The translations under genes were made by a program, and so were the position numbers. From positions 434,848-498,847 of the forward strand of contig JAEUKT010000002.1 of the NCBI GenBank assembly GCA_016794125.1: a DNA stretch of 64,000 nt, written 5' to 3'. The DNA comes from Alphaproteobacteria bacterium. Lineage in GTDB: Bacteria > Pseudomonadota > Alphaproteobacteria > Micavibrionales > UBA2020. The notes under the pieces are model-generated. The model was not told where the DNA came from and made no database searches. It saw nothing but the letters and a program-made list of their open reading frames with translations. Position 1 is the stretch's first letter, and every line of letters begins with the position of its first letter. Positions 9,932 through 20,207 of this stretch are shown piece after piece.

Positions 9932-10857
9932 GCCGCAAGAAACCGCCAAAACCGACGCCCGAAGTAAAACCCGCACCTGCCCCCGTGCCGGCCCCGGAAG
10001 AAAAGGACGACAAAGGCGGCTGGGAATTCCGTTCCGCCAAATTCGCCCTGCGCGCCGTAGGCGTATGTTTCTTTATCGCTTATGTGTCTTTCCTCACCCC
10101 TTCGGCGTTTACCTGGGTGCAGACGAAATATGTGCGCAGCATGCCGTTGTCCGCGCTGCCGGCAAAAGCAGATTATTACCTGAACCAGGTCTATAAACCC
10201 GAAAAGCTTTACAAGATGGTCACGATGCGCCCGGCATCGGAAATCGAAAAAACCATCGAGACGCTGATGCCCTATACCGCGCGCATGAGCACATTTACAT
10301 TCCTGTTTTATTCGTCACGGCTCGACCAGATCGGCAAGACGGACGAGGCGCTGTTCTGGTGGCAGTTCGGCCGTTACCGCGCGCGTTTCGACGCATTGCG
10401 CTGCGGATCGGGCCTTGCGGTCGATAATGTCGCCCACGTTCTGGACCTGGTGCCGCACCCGGAATTCCCGCAGGACGAGGAAATGGACAAATTTACCGTC
10501 GTGAAAAGCCTGAAGCGCGTTTTGGCGCTGGATGCCAAATATCCGGCCGACAACCTGCCCGAAGACCTGTGCGAACCGCTGCGCGCGATGGAAGGCGGCA
10601 AGTTCTTGTCTGTCCGCCCCGACCGCTGGGCGGATATCCGCTACACGCTGCGTTACATGACCGAATACCGCCTGCGCCAGATGGAAGGCAGCCTGACCGT
10701 CGATGAAACGAAGGACCTGCAAAAAGCGGCCGTCACCTGTGAAAAGCTCGGCAACGTGAAAAAGGAAAAAGAATGCATGATGAAACTGTGCAACGGTCTG
10801 TCGGACGAAACGACGAAAAGCGACTGCATCGCCGAGGTTAATTCGATCACGAAATGA
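9928..10857 (+). CDS. Hypothetical membrane-anchored protein encoded inside the ABC importer operon
   Basis: The product has a Pro/Lys-rich N-terminus (KKPPKPTPEVKPAPAPVPAPEEKDDK), one hydrophobic helix (AVGVCFFIAYVSFLTPSAF), and about 230 aa I cannot assign to a family. ATGA overlaps occur at both ends, with the substrate-binding protein stop and with the permease start. Confidence 0.6.
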   Translation: MSRKKPPKPTPEVKPAPAPVPAPEEKDDKGGWEFRSAKFALRAVGVCFFIAYVSFLTPSAFTWVQTKYVRSMPLSALPAKADYYLNQVYKPEKLYKMVTMRPASEIEKTIETLMPYTARMSTFTFLFYSSRLDQIGKTDEALFWWQFGRYRARFDALRCGSGLAVDNVAHVLDLVPHPEFPQDEEMDKFTVVKSLKRVLALDAKYPADNLPEDLCEPLRAMEGGKFLSVRPDRWADIRYTLRYMTEYRLRQMEGSLTVDETKDLQKAAVTCEKLGNVKKEKECMMKLCNGLSDETTKSDCIAEVNSITK

Positions 10858-11810
10858 ACCCTGCCTTCGCCTTGAACCGCCTGCTGCAGGCGCTGCTGAC
10901 GTTGCTGGCGGTGTCTTTTCTTGTTTATATGCTGATCGGGCTGATGCCGGGCGACCCGATCGACCTGATGGCCGCCGGCAACCCGCATTTCACCCCCGAA
11001 GACGCCGCGCGCCTGCGCGCCCTATATGGTCTCGACCAGCCATTGCCGGTTCGCTATGGCCGCTGGCTGATGGCGGCGCTGCAGGGCGACCTTGGGTATA
11101 GCCGTCTGTATAATATGCCTGTGCTGGATGTGCTGTGGCCGCGTTTTGTCAACACAGGCTTGTTGCTGGGCATATCGCTGTTTATCACGATCATCTTCGC
11201 CCTGCCGATGGGCGTACATGCCGCCCGCCATATCGGCGGCTGGTCGGACAGGGCAATCAACCTGTTCTGCCTTGCGGGCATTTCGCTGCCGCATTTTTGG
11301 CTGGGGATTTTGCTGATATCGCTGTTCGCGGTGACGCTGGGCTGGCTGCCGGCAGGCGCGTCGCTGGACGGCGCATTCATGGACGATGTGCGCGCGATGA
11401 TACTGCCGGTTGCCACGCTGGCGGTTTCAGGCCTGGCGGTTTATGTACGGCATTTGCGTGCCGCGATGGCGGATGCCCTGCGCGCCGATCATATCCGAAC
11501 CGCCCGCGCCAAGGGTTGCTCGCCTCGCCGCACAGTATGGAACCACGCCTTCAAAAACGCGCTGCCGCCCGTGCTGACGATTTTGATGCTCGACCTTGGC
11601 ACGCTATTTTCGGGCGCGCTGACGGTGGAGGCGGTGTTCGGCTTTCCCGGCATGGGCAAGCTGATGTTCGATGCGGTGATGGGCAATGATTACAACCTTG
11701 CGCTCTGCGGTTTCCTGATCCTGACATTCTTTGTGCTGCTGGCGAATTTCATGGCGGATTTTCTCTATGCCGCGCTTGACCCGCGCGTGAATTACGGGGT
11801 GAAGGCATGA
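10854..11810 (+). CDS. ABC transporter permease (DppB/OppB-like)
   Basis: It is a polytopic membrane protein. The N-terminus RLLQALLTLLAVSFLVYMLIGLMPGDPIDLM and the EAA-like region IRTARAKGCSPRRTVWNHAFKNALPP are typical of the family. Confidence 0.9.
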   Translation: MNPAFALNRLLQALLTLLAVSFLVYMLIGLMPGDPIDLMAAGNPHFTPEDAARLRALYGLDQPLPVRYGRWLMAALQGDLGYSRLYNMPVLDVLWPRFVNTGLLLGISLFITIIFALPMGVHAARHIGGWSDRAINLFCLAGISLPHFWLGILLISLFAVTLGWLPAGASLDGAFMDDVRAMILPVATLAVSGLAVYVRHLRAAMADALRADHIRTARAKGCSPRRTVWNHAFKNALPPVLTILMLDLGTLFSGALTVEAVFGFPGMGKLMFDAVMGNDYNLALCGFLILTFFVLLANFMADFLYAALDPRVNYGVKA

Positions 11811-12658
11811 GCCGTTATCTGCCCTTCGGTTTCCTGCTGGCTTTGCTGGCGCTGTGTTTCTCGGCGGGTGCGATTGAAAGCGCATTGTCGCTGACTGGAA
11901 ACGAAGCCGATCTTGGCAGCCGTTTCCTACCGCCGTCACCCGCGCATTATCTTGGCACTGACGAGCTGGGGCGCGATGTTTTTGTGCGGCTGTTATACGG
12001 CGGGCAGGTATCGTTGCTGGTTGCGATCAGCGCAGGATTGGTTGCCGCATTCATCGGCACGGCGATTGGCATGGCGGCGGGTTATGCGGCCGGCAAATGG
12101 GATGCGTTGCTGATGCGCCTGACCGATATGCTGATATCTCTGCCTGCCCTGCCGTTGCTGATTATCCTATCCGCGCTTGATATCGGCAAACTGGGTTTGG
12201 GCGAATTCGCGAATGCGCCAAGCGCGAGCCTTTATAAAATTATCGCCATCATTTCGCTGCTCAGCTGGACGACCGTCGCGCGCCTTGCGCGGGCACGCAC
12301 CTTGACGCTGAAGGAAATGGATTTCGTAAAGGCCGCGCGGGCGCTGGGCATGACCGGATTTAAAATCGTTCTGCGCCATATCTTCCCCAACCTGCTGGGC
12401 ACTGTCGTGGTGGCAACCGCGCTGACGGCGGGCAATATCATCCTTGTCGAATCCGTCCTCAGCTTCCTTGGTCTTGGCATCCAGCCGCCGCTGCCCAGCT
12501 GGGGGAATATGCTGACGAATGCGCAAGAAACGATCTGGGAACATGCGCGGCTGACGGTTTATCCGGGCGCGATGATTTTTGTGACGGTGCTGGCGTTCAA
12601 TTTCCTTGGCGACAGGCTACAGCAATCACTCGACCCGAAAGCAAAAAACCGAATTTGA
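11807..12658 (+). CDS. ABC transporter permease (DppC/OppC-like)
   Basis: Motifs HYLGTDELGRDVFVRLLYGGQVSL and the EAA loop FVKAARALGMTGFKIVLRHIFPN are present. Its start overlaps the previous permease gene. Confidence 0.9.
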   Translation: MSRYLPFGFLLALLALCFSAGAIESALSLTGNEADLGSRFLPPSPAHYLGTDELGRDVFVRLLYGGQVSLLVAISAGLVAAFIGTAIGMAAGYAAGKWDALLMRLTDMLISLPALPLLIILSALDIGKLGLGEFANAPSASLYKIIAIISLLSWTTVARLARARTLTLKEMDFVKAARALGMTGFKIVLRHIFPNLLGTVVVATALTAGNIILVESVLSFLGLGIQPPLPSWGNMLTNAQETIWEHARLTVYPGAMIFVTVLAFNFLGDRLQQSLDPKAKNRI

Positions 12659-12667
12659 ATAGCCGCA

Positions 12668-12709
12668 TAAAAAAAAGCCCCTCCGGCCATAAACCAGAGG
12701 GGCTTTTTT
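12668..12709. terminator. Bidirectional rho-independent terminator
   Basis: An A-run, a stem gcccctc (12677-12683) / gaggggc (12697-12703), then a T-run. It lies between the convergent permease gene and the small Cys-rich ORF. Confidence 0.7.
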
Positions 12710-12720
12710 GTATTCAATTA

Positions 12721-12911
12721 TTAGCTACGGCAGCCGCAGCCGCCGCAACCGCCGCCCACGGGGGCGCAGTCTTCTTCGTCATCGCCTTCTTCGGCGGCGT
12801 GTTGGTCGCCGACGACAAGAACGTCATGCTGCTTTTCAGCGGCAAGCGTCGCGACGGTTGCTTTTTCTTCGGGCGATTTTTCGCCGGACAGGAAGTTTTT
12901 CAGGAACGAGA

Positions 12912-12915
<4 letters not shown>
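12721..12915 (-). CDS. Small acidic peptide (64 aa) with a Gly/Cys-rich C-terminus (CAPVGGGCGGCGCRS)
   Basis: Its ATG overlaps the ald stop (ATGA at 12912-12915). The frame is GC3-rich like neighbouring genes, and a terminator follows within about 15 nt. I recognise no family. Confidence 0.5.
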
Positions 12916-14030
<1,115 letters not shown>

Positions 14031-14146
14031 TGCTTTTTCTCCTAGGGAGCCTGATACTTTGGGCCATGAAGCGGCCCCTTTCAGACTCGGGGTTGTTTGA
14101 TGCGGCCATACTATAGTTATGCCCAAACCAATTCAAGTGAGCCATT

Positions 14147-15400
14147 ATGTTAAATAAAATCATCGAGATGTTCTCGCCCAAATCCCCGACCCAGAAGCTG
14201 ATCGACCATGAAGCGCAGTTTGTGGCGAAAAACTACCACCCCCTGCCGGTGGTGCTGAACCGCGGCGAGGGTTGTTACCTGTGGGACCACGAGGGAAAGA
14301 AATACCTCGACATGATGAGCGCCTATTCCGCCGTCAGCTGCGGCCATTCCCACCCCCGCATCGTGAAGGCACTGACCGATCAGGTGAACAAGCTGGCGAT
14401 GTGCAGCCGCGCATATCACACCAACACGCTCGGCCCCTTTGTCGAGAAACTGGTGCAGGTCACCGGCCTTGACGAAGTGCTGCCGATGAACACCGGCGCG
14501 GAAGCGGTTGAAACCGCCGTGAAGGCCGCCCGCCAATGGGGTTATGTCGTCAAGAAAATCCCCGAAAACCAGGCGGAGATTATTGTGGCGGAGGGCAACT
14601 TCCACGGCCGCACCACGACCGTCATCAGCTTTTCCACCGAACCCGATTACCGCAAAAATTTCGGCCCCTTCACGCCCGGTTTCAAGGCTGTGCCGTTTGA
14701 TGACCTGAAAGCCATCGAAGCCGCGATCACGCCCAACACCGCCGCCATCCTGTTTGAACCCATTCAGGGCGAAGCGGGCATCAAGACGCCGCATGACGGC
14801 TTCCTGCAAGGCCTGCGCAAATTGTGCGACGACAAAAACGTGCTGCTGATTCTGGACGAAGTGCAGTCCGGCCTTGGCCGCACCGGCAAGATGTTCTGCT
14901 TCCAGCATGAAAACGTGCTGCCCGATGTGCTGATCCTTGGCAAAGCCTTGGGCGGCGGGCTGCTGCCCGTTTCCGCCATCGTCGGCAAAAAATCCGTGAT
15001 GGAGCTGTTCAAGCCCGGCAGCCACGGTTCAACCTTCGGCGGCAACCCGCTGGCGGCGGCTGTCGGCCTCGAGGCGCTGAAGGTTCTGGAAGAAGAAGGC
15101 ATGGTGCAAAACAGCGCGATCCTTGGCGCGTATATGCAAGAACAGCTGCGCGGCATCAACAGCCCGCTGGTGACTGGCGTGCGCGGCCGCGGTCTGTGGA
15201 TCGGCATGGATTTCGACCCTGCGCGCGTGACCGCCCGCAAGGTCTGCGAAAAGCTGATGGAACGCGGCATCCTGTCGAAAGACACGCACCATACCGTCGT
15301 GCGTTTCGCCCCGCCGCTGACCATCACCCGCGAACAGATCGACTGGGCACTGGAACAGGTGCGCGCCGTGATCCGCGAGCTGGAAGGCAAGAACGGCTAA
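14147..15400 (+). CDS. rocD: Ornithine--oxo-acid aminotransferase (class III PLP aminotransferase)
   Basis: Motifs seen are YHPLPVVLNRGEGCYLWDHEGKKYLDMMSAYSAVSCGHSHPRIV and LILDEVQSGLGRTGKMF...GSTFGGNPLA. It is divergent from ald. Confidence 0.9.
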   Translation: MLNKIIEMFSPKSPTQKLIDHEAQFVAKNYHPLPVVLNRGEGCYLWDHEGKKYLDMMSAYSAVSCGHSHPRIVKALTDQVNKLAMCSRAYHTNTLGPFVEKLVQVTGLDEVLPMNTGAEAVETAVKAARQWGYVVKKIPENQAEIIVAEGNFHGRTTTVISFSTEPDYRKNFGPFTPGFKAVPFDDLKAIEAAITPNTAAILFEPIQGEAGIKTPHDGFLQGLRKLCDDKNVLLILDEVQSGLGRTGKMFCFQHENVLPDVLILGKALGGGLLPVSAIVGKKSVMELFKPGSHGSTFGGNPLAAAVGLEALKVLEEEGMVQNSAILGAYMQEQLRGINSPLVTGVRGRGLWIGMDFDPARVTARKVCEKLMERGILSKDTHHTVVRFAPPLTITREQIDWALEQVRAVIRELEGKNG

Positions 15401-15409
15401 ATAATCTTT

Positions 15410-15832
15410 TTAAGGTTTCGGGGCTGAGCGCGGCTTGGGCGCAGGCTTTGCCGCCACCGCCGTTTTCACATCGTCATTCGCATTCTTGAATGCAGGCCCG
15501 ATGGTTTTCGTGGCCAGCGTCGATGACGTTTCGACAGGCGCAGGCACAACGGGTTTTTCCGGCGCGGTGACATCCAGCACCGCAGGCTTCATGCGCGATG
15601 CGGTGAATTTTGCAGCCACCCCGCCCAGCACAAACGCGCCGCCCGCCAGCAACATAGTGCTGGGCGCGGCTGTCATAAAGGCCGCTGTGCCGATCAGCGC
15701 AAGCCCGCCGATGATGCCGCTGTCGCCAAGGCCATCGATAAAGGTTTTGGGTGTTTCGGATTTTTTCGGCGGTGTCAGTTTCTGCGCAAAGTTGCGAAGT
15801 TTTTCACCGGCGGATTTCAGCGGATTCTTCAT
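15410..15832 (-). CDS. Hypothetical membrane protein, Gly/Ala-rich helices with a Pro/Lys/Ala tail
   Basis: The start is at MKNPLKSAGEKL. Two glycine-zipper-like hydrophobic segments are present (IIGGLALIGTAAFMTAA and LLAGGAFVLGGVAA). The C-terminus is AAKPAPKPRSAPKP. Confidence 0.5.
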   Translation of the reverse strand: MKNPLKSAGEKLRNFAQKLTPPKKSETPKTFIDGLGDSGIIGGLALIGTAAFMTAAPSTMLLAGGAFVLGGVAAKFTASRMKPAVLDVTAPEKPVVPAPVETSSTLATKTIGPAFKNANDDVKTAVAAKPAPKPRSAPKP

Positions 15833-15979
15833 GGCTGCCCCATAAGTCGCGCATTTCAATCAGATAGCCAATCATGGGCGCGCACAATGCCGCTGTCAAT
15901 CGCGCCGGTTATGGCAATCGCCTGCAACGCTTTCTCAACCAATTTGCCTTAACGTGAGAATGAACGAGGGGGAAACCGC

Positions 15980-16543
15980 ATGTTATATGCCATCAACGAC
16001 CTGCTGCAGAAAATGGGCGCACCCGAGGCGAAGGAGCGCGGGCGAATCGAATGGCATTATTTCGACGCGGTGAAAAAAAACCTCGAGGGTTTCGCGGAAA
16101 TCCGTTTCGAAGCGGGCGGCGAACGCCTGGTGGCCGAGATGAAGCAGATCAAGAAAAATTACGAAGACGACGCGGGCAAACTGCATCCCGTTTACACCGA
16201 GAGTTTTTACCTGTACGCGGAGCGCACGGCGCGCGCCGGATATTACCGCGTCACAAAAATATCGCTGGATGGTGAAGATTACAACAACCCGCAAAAAGGC
16301 GTGATCGAGCTTGGCCTGTCGGTGTTCCACGCCCGCGCGCTGGATATTTCCATCCGCATGATGGAACAGGTTTTCAACAAGCAGGACATTCTGGAGCCCG
16401 TGATCGACCCGATGCCGAAATTCCGCGACCTGTTTGCGTCGCAAAAGCCGGCGCAGTCACCCGTGCCGCCGCTCAAACGCGAAGAATGGGGCGTGGTCAT
16501 CCCGTTCCGCCCGCGCAATCACCTGCACGCAAACGCCAGCTGA
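15980..16543 (+). CDS. Hypothetical protein (187 aa)
   Basis: The ORF has coding-like composition and no recognisable motif. Confidence 0.55.
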   Translation: MLYAINDLLQKMGAPEAKERGRIEWHYFDAVKKNLEGFAEIRFEAGGERLVAEMKQIKKNYEDDAGKLHPVYTESFYLYAERTARAGYYRVTKISLDGEDYNNPQKGVIELGLSVFHARALDISIRMMEQVFNKQDILEPVIDPMPKFRDLFASQKPAQSPVPPLKREEWGVVIPFRPRNHLHANAS

Positions 16544-16546
16544 TTT

Positions 16547-17896
16547 TTACGCGCCCGCCACCGTCATTTTCGCGATGCGCAGCGTCGGCGTATCGACACC
16601 GTATTTGAATTGCAGGTCATTCGCGGCTTCAAGGTCCAGCCACATTTGCAGGATATTGCCCGCAATCGTCATTTCCGCGACCGGATAGGTGATCTGGCCT
16701 TTTTCGATCCAGAACCCGCGCGCGCCGCGGCTGTAATCACCGGTCACGGGGTTTGCGCCCGATCCCATCAGCTGCGTCACGAAAAATCCTTCGTCGATAT
16801 CCTTGATCAGCTCCTCGACCGATTTACTTCCGGGCTGCATATAAAAATTCGCGGCGCGCGGGCTGGGCGGCGACGAAGCGCTGCGCGCGGCATTGCCCGT
16901 CGTTTTGAGGCCGAGCTGTTTTGCCGACGACGTATCCAGCAGCCACCCGGTCAGCACGCCGTTGTCGATGATGCTGCGTTTTTGCGGCGTGACGCCTTCG
17001 CCGTCAAACGGGTGCGACCGCGCGCCGCGTTTCAGGAACGGGTCGTCGATGACCGCAATATTCGCGGGGAATATCTGTTTGCCCATCGAATCTTTCAAAA
17101 AAGTCGTGCCGCGCGCAACCGCGCTGCCGCTGATCGCGCCCGCAAGCGACCCGATGATGCCGCCTGCCGTGCGGCGGTCGAACACGACCGGCATTGTTTT
17201 CGTCGGCCCCTTGCGCGGATTAAGAGCCTTCACCGCACGTTCGCCGGCACTGCGGCCAATCGACAGGGGATCGGCCAGATCCTTCAGGTAAGCGGCGGAA
17301 TCAAAATCGTAGTCGGTTTCCATCTGCGTGTCTTCACCCGCAATCACCGAGACGGAAAGGCTGAAACCCGATGCCGAATAGCCGCCGACGAAACCGTTGG
17401 TCGCCGCGTAATACGAGGTTTCCTTCGACACGCTGCATTCCGCGCCGTCGGAATTGGTGACGCCCTCTACGTCCAGCGCGGCGTTTTCGGCCGTATCCGC
17501 CATTTCCGTCATTTTTTCAACGCTTAAATCGGTCGCGTCATAAAGGTCGAGGTCGGGGAAACTTTTGGCGATATCCGCAGGATCAGCAAGTCCCGCAAAC
17601 TTATCCTCCGGCACCATGCGCGCCATGGCGACGGCGCGTTCCGCCATCTGCTGCAGCGCCTCGGGCGAGCGGTCGGAGGACGACACGATGGCCTGTTTGC
17701 CGCCCACCAGCACGCGCAGGCCGATTTCGGCTTCTTCGGACCGCACCAGCGATTCCGGTTCGCCGTTGCGGCGCGTGACGGAGACGGAGGCGCTGTCCGA
17801 CAGCACGGCATCGGCATCGGTCGCACCGGCGGCTTTCGCTTTTTTCAGCACGTCTTGCAGCAGTTGCAGGGTTTCTGCCTGTTTTGCGTCGGCCAT
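16547..17896 (-). CDS. pmbA: TldD/PmbA family metalloprotease
   Basis: The 449-aa length fits the family. The C-terminal region SGANPVTGDYSRGARGFWIEKGQITYPVAEMTIAGN is typical of PmbA/TldD. Confidence 0.85.
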   Translation of the reverse strand: MADAKQAETLQLLQDVLKKAKAAGATDADAVLSDSASVSVTRRNGEPESLVRSEEAEIGLRVLVGGKQAIVSSSDRSPEALQQMAERAVAMARMVPEDKFAGLADPADIAKSFPDLDLYDATDLSVEKMTEMADTAENAALDVEGVTNSDGAECSVSKETSYYAATNGFVGGYSASGFSLSVSVIAGEDTQMETDYDFDSAAYLKDLADPLSIGRSAGERAVKALNPRKGPTKTMPVVFDRRTAGGIIGSLAGAISGSAVARGTTFLKDSMGKQIFPANIAVIDDPFLKRGARSHPFDGEGVTPQKRSIIDNGVLTGWLLDTSSAKQLGLKTTGNAARSASSPPSPRAANFYMQPGSKSVEELIKDIDEGFFVTQLMGSGANPVTGDYSRGARGFWIEKGQITYPVAEMTIAGNILQMWLDLEAANDLQFKYGVDTPTLRIAKMTVAGA

Positions 17897-17910
17897 AATG
17901 TTTCCTTTAT

Positions 17911-18756
17911 TTATTTCCCGGCGGCTTCCGCGCCGGCGTTATGCGCGGCGGGCACGAAGCGTTCCGTCTGCTGCGCGCCCTGCGGCAGTTCGATCAGTTT
18001 CAGGTTGATTTTCGGCGCTTTCGATTTGTCTTCGAATGAATCGTGGAATTTCGTCAACACCTCGGAAAAACGGTTGATCGCATCGACCGGTTCCGATTCA
18101 TAGATCGGCCGCTGCAGCAGCACGGCGAATGAATCCGCGCCCAGCCGCCCGATGACATCCGACTGGCGGCGCATGAAGGTCATTTTTTCGGTTAGTTTCC
18201 TGAATGTCTCGGCATAGGCCTCCTCGCCCCCTGCCGTCAGCTCGGCATGGTTCGTGACGGTGATGAAGACAATCAGGCTGCGCTCCGCATAGCGGAAAGA
18301 CCGGTCGATGGCTGAAAGGAACAGCTGGTTGAAGGCCGCCTTGCCGATCATGCCGCCCGTGGAATGCACGTTGTCTTCGCGCGCAAGATGGCGGCTGAGG
18401 TCGGTCAGGCGTTCCGCGTTCGCGATTTTCGTTTCCAGATCGGCAGTCGAGAGCGGTTTGTTCAGCACATCGTTGGTGCCTGCCGTGATTGCGTCTTCGG
18501 TGGTCGCGTTTTTCGACAGCAGGATCAGGTAGGGCTTCACAGGTGTACGGATATTTTTCCAGACACCGATGACCACAGGCCGCGCTTCGGACAGGGGTGC
18601 CGGATCGACCATCACGCAGTCGAATTTGCCGTTCTTCAAAAGTTCGAAGGCAGCGTTTTTGTTTTCTTCGGTCACCACTTTGTGGCCTTTGGCCTCCAGC
18701 TTGTGCGCGATCAGCTGGTTGGTGAGAGATTCGCGGTCGATGACCAAAATGTCCAT
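17911..18756 (-). CDS. Response regulator: receiver domain fused to a degenerate GGDEF domain
   Basis: The receiver has MDILVIDRES, CVMVDPAP (phospho-Asp position) and NKPL. The C-terminal GGDEF-like domain carries RLGADSFAVLL in place of RxGGDEF. Confidence 0.75.
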   Translation of the reverse strand: MDILVIDRESLTNQLIAHKLEAKGHKVVTEENKNAAFELLKNGKFDCVMVDPAPLSEARPVVIGVWKNIRTPVKPYLILLSKNATTEDAITAGTNDVLNKPLSTADLETKIANAERLTDLSRHLAREDNVHSTGGMIGKAAFNQLFLSAIDRSFRYAERSLIVFITVTNHAELTAGGEEAYAETFRKLTEKMTFMRRQSDVIGRLGADSFAVLLQRPIYESEPVDAINRFSEVLTKFHDSFEDKSKAPKINLKLIELPQGAQQTERFVPAAHNAGAEAAGK

Positions 18757-18854
18757 GGCGGCTTGGTTCCCCTGTTACCCTGGCAGTAATTTTAGGGGTA
18801 ACCCCGCGTGAACACCAACAAAAAGCTGGGTTTTTCCCTATTCCTTGATAACAT

Positions 18855-18883
18855 TTGACAAACCCCCCGCAATTCCATTATTA
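18855..18883 (+). promoter_or_regulatory. Candidate sigma70-type promoter for tRNA-Leu
   Basis: TTGACA (18855-18860), a 17-nt spacer, then TTATTA, about 20 nt upstream of the tRNA 5' end. Confidence 0.3.
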
Positions 18884-18904
18884 CTCATCCCACCAAGCAC
18901 CCGT

Positions 18905-18991
18905 GCCCAAATGGCGGAATTGGTAGACGCGCAGGTTTCAGGTACCTGTGGGGTTACACCCGTGTAAGTTCGAGTCTTATTTTGGGCACCA
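18905..18991 (+). tRNA. tRNA-Leu (anticodon CAG), class II with long variable arm, CCA encoded
   Basis: I folded it by hand. The acceptor is GCCCAAA/TTTGGGC. The anticodon stem is CAGGT/ACCTG with loop TTCAGGT. The T arm is GTAAG-TTCGAGT-CTTAT, the discriminator is A, and CCA follows. Confidence 0.9.
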
Positions 18992-19015
18992 TTTTTTCAG
19001 CAAACGCCGCAATGC

Positions 19016-20038
19016 TTATGCCTTGCGGCGTTTTCTTTTTCTGATCCGCTTCATCGCCATCTGTGCGTTTTCCCGGAATGGATACAGCAGCATGCTGACG
19101 GGGTTCTGGTAGGGCGCTTCCGCCTTTCCGCCGCCAAGGCCGAGGGTCAGCTTTTCGTCTTTCCAGCCCGTCACGTAAAGCGAGCCGAATACCCAGTCCC
19201 AGATACTCAGCATCGAGCTGAAATTCTTGTTGTAATGCTGGGGGTTTTCGCTGTGATGGACCTGGTGCTGCGCAGGGCTGATGATAAAGCGTTCCAGCAC
19301 CGGCCCGAAAGATATCCAGACATGCGAATGGTGCAAAACGCCTCCGAAAATGCCCAGAAAGAACATGACAGCATTCGCGCCCAAAAGGGTGATCGCGGAT
19401 TCTTTTGACGGGTAAAAATGCATGAAGATGACAAGGTTAAGGCCGTAACCAAGCCCCTTGGTCGCCGATGTCAGCCAGAAATCGACCGGATGCAGCCGGT
19501 AAACAGCCAGCGGTGTCATGACCTTGGCTGAATGATGCACCTTGTGGAACGCCCACATGGCGGGCAGCGTATGTGACAGCCGGTGCTGCCAGTAATAGAA
19601 AAATTCGGCAAAAATGATGGCTTGCAGCGTGAAATAGGCCATCACCAGCAGGCCGGGTTTTTCCCCTTCCGTCGCGGGGGGCAGCAGGCTGGACAGCGAC
19701 ATCGCAAGGCCGACGAAGTATTTGGGCGTAAAAATCCCCCAGTTGAACAGCGAGATCATGAGCCCGAACAGCATAAAGGCGAAAATGCCGTCGTTCAGCG
19801 ACGATCGGTGCGACCAGATATGGGCGGGGAACATATAATCCCAGAGCCCCCTGTCCGAAAGGTCGGCATCGCGCGCGGCGTACCAAAAATAAAGCAGCAG
19901 CACGATCAGGTAATTAGCGGCCATCGCGGGCCAATGCAGGCGGGAGCCGGGCAGCGTCATGAACAGCGCCGCCGCCGAAATGGTGACGAACAAAACGCCG
20001 AGTTTTTTAAGTGCTTCGTTTGATTCGTATCCCGCCAT
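19016..20038 (-). CDS. Fatty acid hydroxylase / sterol desaturase superfamily membrane protein (di-iron His-box enzyme)
   Basis: His boxes HRLSHTLPAMWAFHKVHH, HHSHVW and HQVHHSENPQHYNKNF are present. The start is moved to MAGYESNEALKK (ATG at 20038). Confidence 0.8.
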   Translation of the reverse strand: MAGYESNEALKKLGVLFVTISAAALFMTLPGSRLHWPAMAANYLIVLLLYFWYAARDADLSDRGLWDYMFPAHIWSHRSSLNDGIFAFMLFGLMISLFNWGIFTPKYFVGLAMSLSSLLPPATEGEKPGLLVMAYFTLQAIIFAEFFYYWQHRLSHTLPAMWAFHKVHHSAKVMTPLAVYRLHPVDFWLTSATKGLGYGLNLVIFMHFYPSKESAITLLGANAVMFFLGIFGGVLHHSHVWISFGPVLERFIISPAQHQVHHSENPQHYNKNFSSMLSIWDWVFGSLYVTGWKDEKLTLGLGGGKAEAPYQNPVSMLLYPFRENAQMAMKRIRKRKRRKA

Positions 20039-20207
20039 CACGCCCCCTGTATAATGGTAACCGCTTCGCGCTGAACGGGGAAGCGCGGGCTTGCCATTAC
20101 CAGAACAAAATAAGGCCTTGCCGGTGCCGGTCAAGTGGCTGTCCCGCGTCGCTGCGCAAAAGCTTGCAAGTTGACATCGCGAAAACTCCCCTTCATCTTT
20201 GCAAGCC

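Noticed and set aside
8183-9976. Upstream 598 codons of the 731-aa minus-strand ORF 7781..9976
   Set aside because: It is antisense to the well-supported family-5 substrate-binding protein gene and has an Arg/Gly/Val/Ala-rich composition. Only the last 133 codons (7781-8182) look like a real membrane protein.
15941-15959. CtrA half-site (TTAAC) upstream of the 187-aa ORF
   Set aside because: Only the TTAAC half is present. The position 7 nt upstream reads CCAA rather than TTAA.
18905-18991. Genomic island or integrative element at the tRNA-Leu or tRNA-Gly (61251-61325) loci
   Set aside because: There is no integrase, no duplicated tRNA 3' fragment (att-like direct repeat) that I could find by eye, and no compositional break adjacent to either tRNA.
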